The notes under the pieces: model-generated | Seen by the model: the letters and a program-made list of their open reading frames with translations, nothing else | What the model was told of the DNA's origin: nothing | Database searches by the model: none | Assembly: GCA_964247055.1 (NCBI GenBank) | Contig: OZ176051.1 | Span: forward strand, 1,116,001 to 1,180,000 | Direction: 5' to 3' | DNA: 64,000 bases | DNA from: Paragordius varius | Lineage: Eukaryota > Animalia > Nematomorpha | Made by a program: the position numbers and the translations under genes | Shown: positions 12,782 through 24,300 of the stretch, piece by piece | Numbering within the stretch: position 1 is the first letter of the stretch | Layout of the letters: every line of letters begins with the position of its first letter

Positions 12782-14506
12782 ATGACCAAATCCGGAGTAA
12801 AAATATTTTTAATTATAGACTTTATTTTCTTACAAAGATAATTTTCGAACCTATAAAATACATATTGCAGCAAATTATTCAGGCTTCAATGTCAAGGAGG
12901 ATCCCAGTTTTAAATTTGGAGAGACTAACAAAACCAAAAAATTTCTACAAAACTTTCCCTACGGCAAAGTAAAATTTATCTAATTCACAGGTTCCAGCCT
13001 TTTTGACACACGATGGCAATCCAATATTTGAAAGCAATGCTATTGCATTTTATGGTATATCTAATAATTATTCATGATGACACTTGTATTGTTGATTTCC
13101 TGATACTATGATTAGTCTTACTGAATTTTTATTTTGCAATAAATTTTTTTAAAATTAATGATCATTAGTTAATTTTAAAGCCGGAATTATGCATTTATTT
13201 TATTGTTATTTATAACTTAACATTCTAATTTATTTTTGGATTAATAAACATGTTTTACAAAACTCATGGTCTATATTAGGTTTGCACTAAAATGAAAAAC
13301 ATATAATTAAAAAATTATGTGTGCTATACAATATTTTCAATTATTTTTATGGTTATTTAGTTGCGGATGGAAAATTGACCCCTAAAACATTTTACGAAGA
13401 AGCTTTGAATCAACAATGGTTACAATTTTCCGAGAATGAACTTTTACCGTCTCTTTGTTCTTGGATTTTCCCTTATTTGAGTTTAATGCCGCATGATGCC
13501 CAAACTGAGCGAAAAGCTATCGAGGAAGTCAAACGTTGTTTAGAAGTTGTGGATAAACATTTGTTGCTTCATACATATTTGGCTGGAGAACTAATATCTT
13601 TGTCTGATATCGTGTTGGCCTCATATCTTGTTAAGCCTTTTAAACTGTTAATGACACCCGAATTCCGGAAACCGTTTAGAAGTTTGTTGCGATGGTTTGA
13701 TACAATTATTAACCAACCCGAAGTCTCAAAGGTTATTGGCAAAATTGAGTTTTGTGCCAAACCTCCGACATTACCAGTTGCCAAACAACAAGGTAATATA
13801 TTATTTTTTTAAAACCACTCATAAGCACTTTTACCAGATTTCTACTGGGGTCAAAAGTCGTCACGAGTTGGAATATTATTGTATTAATGGGTGGGAATTA
13901 TGAACAATTTATAAAACTCATAATTAATTTAACATTGTAGTGTCCGCTCCACCAACAACCAAAAAAGCAGCAGCAGTCGAAAATGATGGAGATGATATGG
14001 AAGATTTTATGGAAGAAAAGAAAACAAAAGATCCGTTTGCTGATATGCCTAAGGGAACTTTCAATCTTGATGAATTTAAACGCGTTTATTCCAACAATGA
14101 AACGACCGTAAGTCTCCCGTATTTGTGGCAACACTTTGATTTTGACAACTTTTCCATGTGGTTCTGTGAATACAAATACCCTCAAGAACTTAAAAAGGAT
14201 TACATGAGTTGCAATCTCATAACTGGTATGTTTCAACGGTTAGACAAAATGCGCAAAAATGCTTTTGGTAGTGTTATCCTATTTGGGCAAGAGTCTTCGT
14301 TCACCATTTCTGGCGTTTGGATGTGGAAAGGCCACGAGCTGGCTTTCCTCCTTTCGCCCGATTGGCAAATCGATTACGAGTCCTATGAATGGAAAAAGTT
14401 GGAACCCAACAAAAACGAAAAAGATAAACAACTTGTTAACGAATATTTTTCGTGGGAAGGCACATTCGGTGGCAAACACTTTAATCAAGGAAAAATATTT
14501 AAATAA
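12782..14506 (+). CDS. EEF1G: Elongation factor 1-gamma, 408 aa; exons 12782-12796, 12819-12968, 12991-13054, 13361-13792, 13941-14506
   Basis: The spliced CDS is 1227 nt and in frame. GST-like N-terminus ([29 protein letters not shown]) and EF1G C-terminal domain ([58 protein letters not shown]). Confidence 0.97.
13066..13130 (+). ncRNA. Candidate intronic box C/D snoRNA in EEF1G intron 3
   Basis: Boxes in the canonical order: C ATGATGA 13074-13080, D' CTGA 13100-13103, C'-like ATGATTA 13108-13114, D CTGA 13121-13124. A 19-nt guide-like stretch precedes D'. Confidence 0.6.
13812..13908 (+). ncRNA. Candidate structured intronic RNA (H/ACA-like?) in EEF1G intron 4
   Basis: Locally GC-richer. 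Outer stem CCACTCAT/ATGGGTGG, inner hairpin ACTTTTACCAG-ATTTCTA-CTGGGGTCAAAAGT, and an ACA at 13903-13905. Confidence 0.35.
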
Positions 14507-14516
14507 ATTATTATAT

Positions 14517-17064
14517 TTATTTCATCATTTCAGCTTTTTTATTTATCCTTCTCATACATCTTAAGCAATTGTTTTGTTCAAAACACAATCTACGTATTAT
14601 TATAATTATTCATGTACTTGTGATAAACGGCTAAACAAACGGGGCAAATATTTGTGTTGGAATCAAATGCATACAAAATGTCATTTTTGTTACAAAATTC
14701 GCAAATAAATCCTTTTCCTTGACACAGTTTACATTCGTGTTTGATGTGATTGCTAAACGAATTAAATATGAGACTTAATTTGGGCAATAAAATATTTTGG
14801 TTGATTTGAATCAAATCTTGAATGCTATACATTTCACCCCCATCTAAAAAATGTCGAAATTCTTTAAGCTATATATATAATACATTTATCGAGTTATATT
14901 GAAACCTTTTGCAATAATTTCTGTTTGATAGCCACGCGGCAAGTAATTAAATACATTTTCATATACAAAAAATGCGTCCTTAGTTCATGCAATCGACCCA
15001 ATTGAGGTATTCGGTTAAAAAGCATTGGATTTATATCCATCAAATGAATACACGGTTTTTTTTCCATAACCTCCAAAAAAAGTTGAGATTCTTTGCTAAC
15101 TCTCCGCATTTTGAAATCCCAATTATGTAATACTCGCGCTGGAATAGTCATATAATTGTTGCCAAAACAATCATTACAATACGCTAATCCTGTGTAATCA
15201 CAAATGTTGGTGCTTTTAACTTCCATTTTATCTAAATTAGTATTAGAGAAAGAATTAATTAAACTATCGATGACTTTTAAGATGACCAAACAATCATCGA
15301 AAATTAAACATTATTTTTTTAGCTTAAACTTTTTTTGTAGACACATGACCGCCCAAAAGAGTTATGCTTTAATTTTAATATATTCAAAAGTCGGCAAAAA
15401 ATTAAAAAAATAGCGGTATTATAATTGATAGGGAAATCAAATTAAAGTACTTTAAAATCAATGTTATTAAAAACTTTGACCGTTGGATAGGATATATGGC
15501 AAAAAAATGAACAAATCGCGATATTTTTAAAAAGGTCTTTCTACAAGTCTTAAATTTTTCATTTATAAGAAAAATTTGCAAGTTTAATTCCAATTTCTAA
15601 AATGTAAAAATATTTGGCAATCAAGTTGGATGATGATTTTTAAAGTATTTTTTAATTATTTTCTTTGACGCTAAATACAAATATCGATGAATTCGCAACC
15701 GAACCATGTATTTATTACATTATTTTATTTTAGATAGGAAAAAATCTTAAAAATAGACGTAAGTATATAAACTAGTGGTATTAAAACCGCGCCCAAAGGC
15801 CGCATGCGGTTCTAAATCCTTTTTGTGGCTTTGAATTATTTATCAAATTTTTATGTACTTATTTGGAAAGTAATATCTACAAATATGTCAAACAGCTATA
15901 AATTTATTTGTAAAAAATGCCCTTACAAGAAAATATATTTTTGGCCCTTCAAAATCTTTTGAGTACCACTGTAAACATAAAAAATTATCGTATATTCAAA
16001 TCAGAATAAAAATGCCTTAATCATAAAATAAATTATCCTCGATGAGGTTAGTTATAATGAGAAATATATTGTATTTATTTTATAAGCCATTTTATATAGA
16101 GAAACAAAGTGGGCTATTTACGTACTTCGTATTTTTTCGCACATTTAGCATTTTATTACCGATCAATAATTGAATATAAATTTTAGATTTTTTTGTGCAA
16201 AATCGTATAATATTAATTTTTTTCGTGATAAAATATCGCTACAAGACAAAAATGTATGTATTTATTTTATTAACATTTGTTTTTTCTCATCTTTTTATTA
16301 GTAATTCCGAAATTTTAATGATAGTTTATTCATATTGTGATTTGTTGTAATACTTTTTATTTTGATATTGTATTTAGTTAAACCTAGATATCTAAACAGC
16401 CAAATTGTTGTTTGATTTACTCAAATTTTAATAAGAAAACCAGCGAAAAAAAAATTTCTTAGGTGATATTCTAAAATTTACGCATATACCTTCTATGTCG
16501 AGAGTGTTTTTACATTTAGCGCATTTAAAATCTTGATTGGTGTAACCAGTTTCGGGTCGGATACTCAAAATATATGTCGGGTATTTATCAATATAATTTT
16601 TTGGGCATTGTCCATCAAATTTTGAAAAACATTTCGCATGGAGAATAACATTGCAAACTTATATTAAACCACAATTATTACATATACATCGGAAGGATTG
16701 TTGCAAAAGCGATAAAATATTTTGATTACATTGAATGCATTTGGTCTCAAATCTAAAACTCTTTTGAGCAACAAAAAAATGTCCATTTTGTGAAGATTTG
16801 TTATGGAAATCCTTTATTTTATGTGATAAGAACTTCGGCATCTGCCATCATTTTATATTTGATTAAAATAATTTCATGCACTAAATTTTTATATGCGTTT
16901 GAGTTTGGTGTAGTTTTTTTCAGGCCGCCAATACATGCTTTTAATTGGGATTCTAAAAAATCCCTATTGTCACAAAAATAGATTGAATCACGCGTTTCAG
17001 CTTGTGAAAATGATGCGGCTCTTAAAGACGACCAAATTTCTTGCTGGGTAATTGGTGGATTCAT
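14517..17064 (-). CDS. DEF8: DEF8 homolog (C1-like domain plus Rubicon-homology zinc domain), 392 aa; exons 17064-16834, 16811-16682, 16657-16490, 15231-14906, 14868-14618, 14589-14517
   Basis: The spliced CDS is 1179 nt and in frame. Colinear with DEF8 as I recall it: GHFF...[50 protein letters not shown]...[25 protein letters not shown]. Confidence 0.92.
15773..15971. mobile_element. Small hAT-type MITE in DEF8 intron 3
   Basis: Ends TAGTGGTATTAAAA and TTTTGAGTACCACTG (CAGTGG-type TIR), with a subterminal GGCCGCATGCGG. The target duplication is imperfect. Confidence 0.55.
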
Positions 17065-17065
17065 A

Positions 17066-18295
17066 ATGTCAGCTGAACTTGAATATTGTGTAGCGGGGTG
17101 TGCTCATGGAGAATTGGATTTGATATTTAACACAATCAAATATATGAATAAAGAAAAAAAGCGTAATATTGTTTTACTTCTATGTTGTGGTGATTTCCAA
17201 AGCGTAAGAAACGAGGTTGATTTAGATTCTATGGCAGTACCTAATAAATATAAGCACATGAAAGATTTCCATTACTATTATAATTGTGAAAAAACAGCTC
17301 CCTGTCTCACCATATTTATCGGTGGAAACCATGAAGCTTCAAATTATTTATGGGAACTTCCCTTTGGCGGATGGGTCTGTCCAAATATATTTTACATGGG
17401 TCATGCTAACGTTTTAAATTTACACATAAGGCATAATGAGAAGCGTGCGTAAATTTTATGTAATTTTTTAGTTACTAAATACAGAATTGGTGGACTTTCT
17501 GGCATTTTTAAGCAACCGGACTACAGTAAAGGCCGATGGGAAACACCACCATTCAATGATAATTCGAAAAGAAGCATTTATCACATAAGAAATCTCGATG
17601 TATATCGCCTCAATCTTGTTAATGAACCGTTAGACATGTTTTTATCTCATGATTGGCCCAAAAACATACATTTATACGGGGATCAAAAATTGTTATTACA
17701 GAAAAAACCGTTTTTCCGGAACGATATAAAGTCGGGCGAGTTAGGGAATCCGGCATTGACGGAACTTTTGAAAAAACTTAAACCTTCGTTCTGGTTTAGC
17801 GCACATCTCCATGTCAAATTTGCAGCTCAAGTTGATCACGGGACGATAAATATTGAAGAAAATGCAGAAAATTACAATGTTTCATCATCAACAAAGTTTT
17901 TGGCTTTGGATAAAGCTTTACCCAAGAGATCTTTTCTTCAAGTCCTTCCTTTCGATTACAAAAATCAAGAAACAACCGAATGCCAAAATATTGACACCAA
18001 AAATTCAGATATTCAAGAATCATCGCCAAAAATTACCCTACATTATGATGTGGAATGGATAAATATATTGCAACTTACCAATTCTGAAACTAATTTATCC
18101 TCAGGAACGACTTTTATTGAACAAAAAACTCAAATAATTAATGATGATTTTTCTAACACAAAAGCATTAGAAATAAAAGAATGGAATGAAGATATGAGAG
18201 TGGCCGAAAATCATATAAACATTCAAACAACACAATTTTGTGAAAAATTTAATATACGTAATATATGTAAAGAATTATTAGCTTTGAATAAATAA
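17066..18295 (+). CDS. DBR1: RNA lariat debranching enzyme, 400 aa; exons 17066-17444 and 17472-18295
   Basis: Metallophosphoesterase motifs [46 protein letters not shown] and TKFLALDK. A 27-nt GT-AG intron restores the frame into RIGGLSGIF. Confidence 0.95.
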
Positions 18296-18344
18296 ATCAT
18301 AATATAGAAAAAAATGATTTATTTTTAACGACGACATTAATAAA

Positions 18345-21300
18345 TTATTTCTTGGCTGAAAGCGAATTAGCCATAGCGAAATTCGCATATCCATAATTTT
18401 GAGTTCCACTGTAGTTTGTGTAATTCGAGCTCCCACTGACTATAAATTAAGACATTAAAAATTAATAAAAAATAAAATATATAATAAAATTTAGCGAAAA
18501 CTAAATATGTTTAATATTGGCTAAAAATCAATGAAATGGTTTTGCTATCAGGCGAATTGAGCTTTGTAAAAATTTATTTTAATCTAATAATAATGGCAGA
18601 AAGCCGCATTTATTTTAAATTATAATGATAAAATGGATGACATTTGTTAAAAATAATTTTTCATGCCTAAAATTGAAAGATTGTTATTTAAATAAATTTA
18701 CAATGATATTTACTTGGGTATGGGGATGAATTGTTTCCATACCATTTGATTTCTGCCAATTTATCGTTCAAATCAGAAAATTGTATAATTTTATCGCTCA
18801 TTTGAATTACCAAAGATTGCAATTTGTTCAAATCAGCCCGATGCATATATAAAAGTTCCGACGTTTCATCAAATGAAGCCTAAAAATTTGATTTAAATTT
18901 AAGGGGAAAAGGCAGAAAAACGGATCAATAACAATATAAATATATTTTTTAAATCTAAAATGTATAATAACGAAATATATTACTGAAGACATTTACAAAA
19001 AAGAATAAAATATTTATTAAATAAATGCCGTCAAATATTATTTATGATGATTATTATTCTGTTATTGGAGATGCTTATATATTCCAATTAATTTTTATCA
19101 CTGATCTCCTAAATAATTAAAATGATAAATCTAGATAAAATAGTAGGATCTGAGTTTATAATAAGTGCCAGATGTTTGTTCATTGGATACTTACAAAACT
19201 TAACTGCAATTCAAAAAACGTATTATCCAATAACTTAATATTCCATTAATTTATGGATTATTTTATTTGAAGTATCAAAAAAACGGAGTGTAGTTTATAA
19301 ATAAATTAAAAAAGAGCGATAATGTAAAATAAAATTACCAAAATTTCATCATTCATGATCATTCTATTCAAAATTTTGGTTATGACAGGGATATCAAGTT
19401 CAAACATTGAGTTGAGTTTCTTTAGACTAATGGTATCATAATATCCACCATAGGCTAACAAATAGACTCGCAAACATTCCTGTTTAATTTTGCCAATTAT
19501 CATGTCACAAATTTTGACGCTTTGAGGGAAAAGATCCCACACCTAACATTTCAATAAAAAAAATAAACTAGAATAAGTATGGAAAAAATTGTTTGAGTAA
19601 AAGTTTTACATACTTGCAGATTACAAAAAATTTAATCATGTTCATCCAATTTAAATAATATAAAAGACTTGCAAAATAGACAAACTTAAGTATGAATACG
19701 AATACAGTTAATAAATTTTTATAAAGATCTTAATAAATATAAAACAACAAATAAGTGTCAATAATGTTGTGGAGATTAAAATTATTACAAATATTTATAT
19801 GAATGCTTTAAAATTAATAATATTGATTGGATGAATGAAAAACATGCTTGTTTGCATATATGTTAAACATTACATAATCTTTTAATATACTCCAATTATA
19901 TTGCTTGGAAAATATTTTATTTCGAATAAATCAGAGCTAACTTTTATATTATACCATTTGAAGTTCAAATTCACCCTTGAACAATTCAAATTCACCCTAA
20001 AAATGAATTATGTCTTGTCGGGCTAATATAACTCATCATTAATATAAAATATATTCTTATGGCATAGTTTATTATTATTTCAGTATTATATTAATTTTAT
20101 TCGTAATTTTATTCTTTAAAAATATAAAAAAATATAGGTAATTTTTAATCTTTAAAACACATAATTTCTTTTAGGGTGAATTTGAATTGTTCGAGGGTGA
20201 ATTTGAATTGTTCAAGGGTAAATTCAAATAGTTTAAGGGTGAATTTGAACTGTAAATGGTATATTAGGGGATTTGTATAATTGCAATCGGGATGAATGAA
20301 AAACATGCTTGTTTGCATTTATGTTATAAATCACATAATCTTTTAATATACCCCAATTATATTGCTTGGAAAATATTTTATTTCGATTAAGTCACAGCTA
20401 ACTTTTATATTATCAAAAAGTAAACTAAAATATAAAAATGCGTACCTTGGATTTCGTTTTATCATTAATGATGAAATCTCGACAGGCTTTCCAATCGCCG
20501 CGTTTCATGGCTTTATGAGCGGCGACCACGTGATCTCGAATATTGTCAGGAGGACCTAACAACAATTGGCGCTCACTCATTCGCAGCTGATAGTAAAAGT
20601 TTTTGCTAATCATTTTGCGTTTCTCCACGTCACCCACTTAACATAAAAACAGTTTTGTACCATTTTTTTCAGTATTAATAAAGACAAAACAAAAGAGTAC
20701 GGAATTAATTAATAATTTTTTGCGCAGGAACTAACAAGAACAAAGAGACCTAGAATAACACTGATATTCAACGTAAACTAAAATGTACGAAAGACCCTTC
20801 GTCCATACAATTAATATTATAAAAAAGTTTAAAAAATCTTTATATTTATACTATAAATTAATTAAAAACTTTTCTAATATATATTACCAGCTATGTAAGG
20901 CGTTTCCAAACACATTGCACAAAAGAGGTAAACGAATTCAATGACATCCAAATTGATGTGCATGTGGAAAGGCACTTGTCGCAATCGTTCCATCTTTTCT
21001 TGTTCGGCCGTTAAAGGATTTTCCGCAAAATGAGCTCGGACCAAAGGATTTTGACTCAATATTCCTTGACCTGTGTGGAATTGTGTAATAAAAAGATTAT
21101 AAAAAGAGTAAAAAAAAATTGTTTTAGCAAGCTCATAAGTAATTGGTCAGTATAAATTATATACAAGATTTTAAGTCTGGCTAAAAGGAAACCTAAAATT
21201 AATAAAAACAAAAAATGTTTTCAAACTTAACAACTCACTTATGTAAAATTACATTTATCATTTCACAATATCTTAAAACCTGTATATAAAATATTAGAAT

Positions 21301-24300
21301 GTTAAAGCAAAATATACCTAATAATTCCTTTGTCCTTCCACTGCTTTGTATGTCTAGGAGGGCGTCATGAGCTTCCTTAAGCAGGGCATGGCGAAAAGCA
21401 CAAAGACCCAGTTGGACGATTGCCCGATTATAAAGCGTTTGCGTTGGATAATCGCTGTGTTGAATCGAATCCTGTAGGTGGGACATGAGAAGCAAATCTC
21501 TGGCTTTGAACCAATCGTCATGCAGGGATGCTATAATTGAAAAAGATAATTTAAATCTATAATTTGATAAAATCTTTTTTAGGTTAGTGCGAATGACCTC
21601 AAAATGTATAAAACAAATTGGCTCTTTTCTAAATAAAATCTTAAGGGCATATATACTTTAATAATATTGTGTAGTACATTTTTCTCTAATCGATTATTGT
21701 TTGATAAAGATATAAAGGACTATAAGCATAGCATAAAATATATTATTTTTTCTCTTTTAAAATAAACTTCTCTTTCATCATTAGAGGATTAGATAATGTA
21801 TATCATGGTTTGACGGAATAAAATCTTATGTTTATTAAATAATAAAACACTTATCATTTTATAATCAAAAATGAATGTTTAAATTAAAACATTATTTCTA
21901 TAATTGGTGTGGATATTTATCCTTAATAAAATTAAATCCAACATTTTAAATGCAAAAATTGATTAAACAAAAACCGAAATAAATGTGAAAGAGTATGGCT
22001 CGTGTTCTCATGCGGTCAGTGTCATCATTCTGATACACGTACGTAAAGTATTGATCCAGTTCACAACTAGAAAGGGAAACTTTATAATGTGAATGTTCAA
22101 TGCGTCTCATATAAATGCGACATAACTCATTACAAGTGCTTTGAGAAGTGGCAGCTTCGAGATAGCTTTGTAGCTCATCAATCAAATCACACATTGTTTT
22201 CTCATCTTTGAGTCGATCCAAATATTCTGTACTATGGGCATCGCAGTTTTGAAGAATTTTAGTAAACTCTTCATCAGCCAATTCAAGCAAGGAAAGAACA
22301 CACATTTTCATTTTGATTGTCCCATCGGGTTCAGGCTAAAGACATATATATATATACCATTATTTATTCAAAAAATTAAGCATGCGTGCAAATATATAAA
22401 TATATATTTTATTTTTCGACTTTTATAGTAAAGTCTTTATCAAAAAAAATATAAAATGAATTGTAACGTAATAAGATGCCTTATTAGTGTGATATAGGTA
22501 ATTGATGAAAAAAAACCAGTAACATCAAATTGCTGTATACTGGAAAAAATCAATTACCTTTACAACATTATAAAAGACATTAATATTATATAACAGGGGT
22601 GGCCAACGAGGTGACCGCGGTCACTTTCGTGACCGCGACAACTCAAAAAGTGACCGCCTGAAAATATTTTTTTTTAAAAATTTTATTGATTTTTTTCGGA
22701 TAGTTGGCTACTTCTGAGCGAATTTAAATTTAAAATACAAAAAAATACGGTTTAAATTAAAAATAAACGTCTAAGAAAATGGTGTAAGGAATTATTTTAT
22801 TAATTATAATTCATATGTTTTGGAGCATTTGCATTAAAACTTAAAATCAGTCATTTCCCTTGAATATATCAAAACTTTGAGCAAAGCTTATTCATAAATC
22901 AGAAGCATAATCGTGAAGTTAGATTTGATTTGATACACCAAAAGTAGGTTTTTAAAACTTATATTTTAGAATGAGCCAAAAAAAGTTGTACAGATACAAG
23001 AAAGATTGGGAGCACGAATACTTTTTTAATATGATAAATGAAACATGCATCTGTCTAATATGCAATAGTACTGTTGCTTTGCCCAAAAAGTCAAATATTG
23101 AAAGACATTATAGATCTCTGCATCCACATTACTCCAAAAACTACCCCTTACAAACTCAAGAACGCAACATTAAAGTAAAGGAATTAAAAGAACAATTATC
23201 CGCCTCACAAAATAGCATACTTAAATACAACAAAGACTATAAAAATGCTACGATTGCTTCATTCAAGGTAGCGGAAATACTCATTTGGAACAATAAGCCA
23301 TTCCAAGATGGTGAAATATTTAAAGAAGCCTTTATTAGCGCTTGTGATATTTTATTTGAAAATTTTGATAACAAAAATAATATTATGACAGCTATTAAAA
23401 GCATAAGCTTATCGAGAAATACCGTTATGCGCAGGGCTGAAGATATTAGTAATAATCTTGATGAAATTTTACATGAAAATATTAATAACTGTATTTTTTT
23501 TCCTTGCAACTCGATGAGTCCACCGATTATGTAGGAATCGCCCAATTATGCATTTTTATTCGTATGATATTTAGTGATTTATCTGCAAAGGAGGAATTAT
23601 TAACTATAATACCTCTCCACGAACGAACCAGAGGGCAGGATATTTTTGATTCTTTTTATAAATTTATCACAGATACGAAACTTCCCATCGTAAAACTCGC
23701 ATCTACACCTACTGATGGAGCTCCAGCTATGATTGGCGTTAACAACGGCTTTATCGCTTTATGTAAAAATCACAGTGCATTTCCCAAGTTCATTGATTAC
23801 CATTGTATAATCCATAATCAAGTTTTATGTTCAAAAGTTTTAAAATACCATCATGTAATGAACCCCTGTTTTAAAATTGTTAACGCCATTCGAACAAAAA
23901 GCTTGTCCCGCCGCCAATTTCGAATTTTGCTAAATGAGTGCGGCGTAGAATATGGAGAACTTTTATTACATACTGATGTAAGGTGGTTGAGTCGTGCCGC
24001 ATTTTTAATTAGATTTAGGCAACTTTTACCACAAATAGAAATTTTTTTAGATAATTCTAAATTTTCATACCCCGAATTGAAAGATCAAGATTGGCTGCTT
24101 GATCTTGCATTTTTATGCGATATCACGGAAAAATTGCATAAATTAAACATCCAATTACAAGGAAAAGATAAAACAATAATGGATATGATGGGTGCTTTAA
24201 AATCTTTTAAGGAAACACTAACAGTAGTAGAAACACAATTAAAAAACCGAGATTTAAAACATTTTTTTAATCTGGCAGCGGTGTCTGAAAAAATAGAGAT

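Noticed and set aside
13569-14564. Antisense and alternate-frame ORFs over EEF1G (and likewise over DBR1, the hAT and the LINEs)
   Set aside because: These are shadow ORFs of real coding sequence with no independent motifs.
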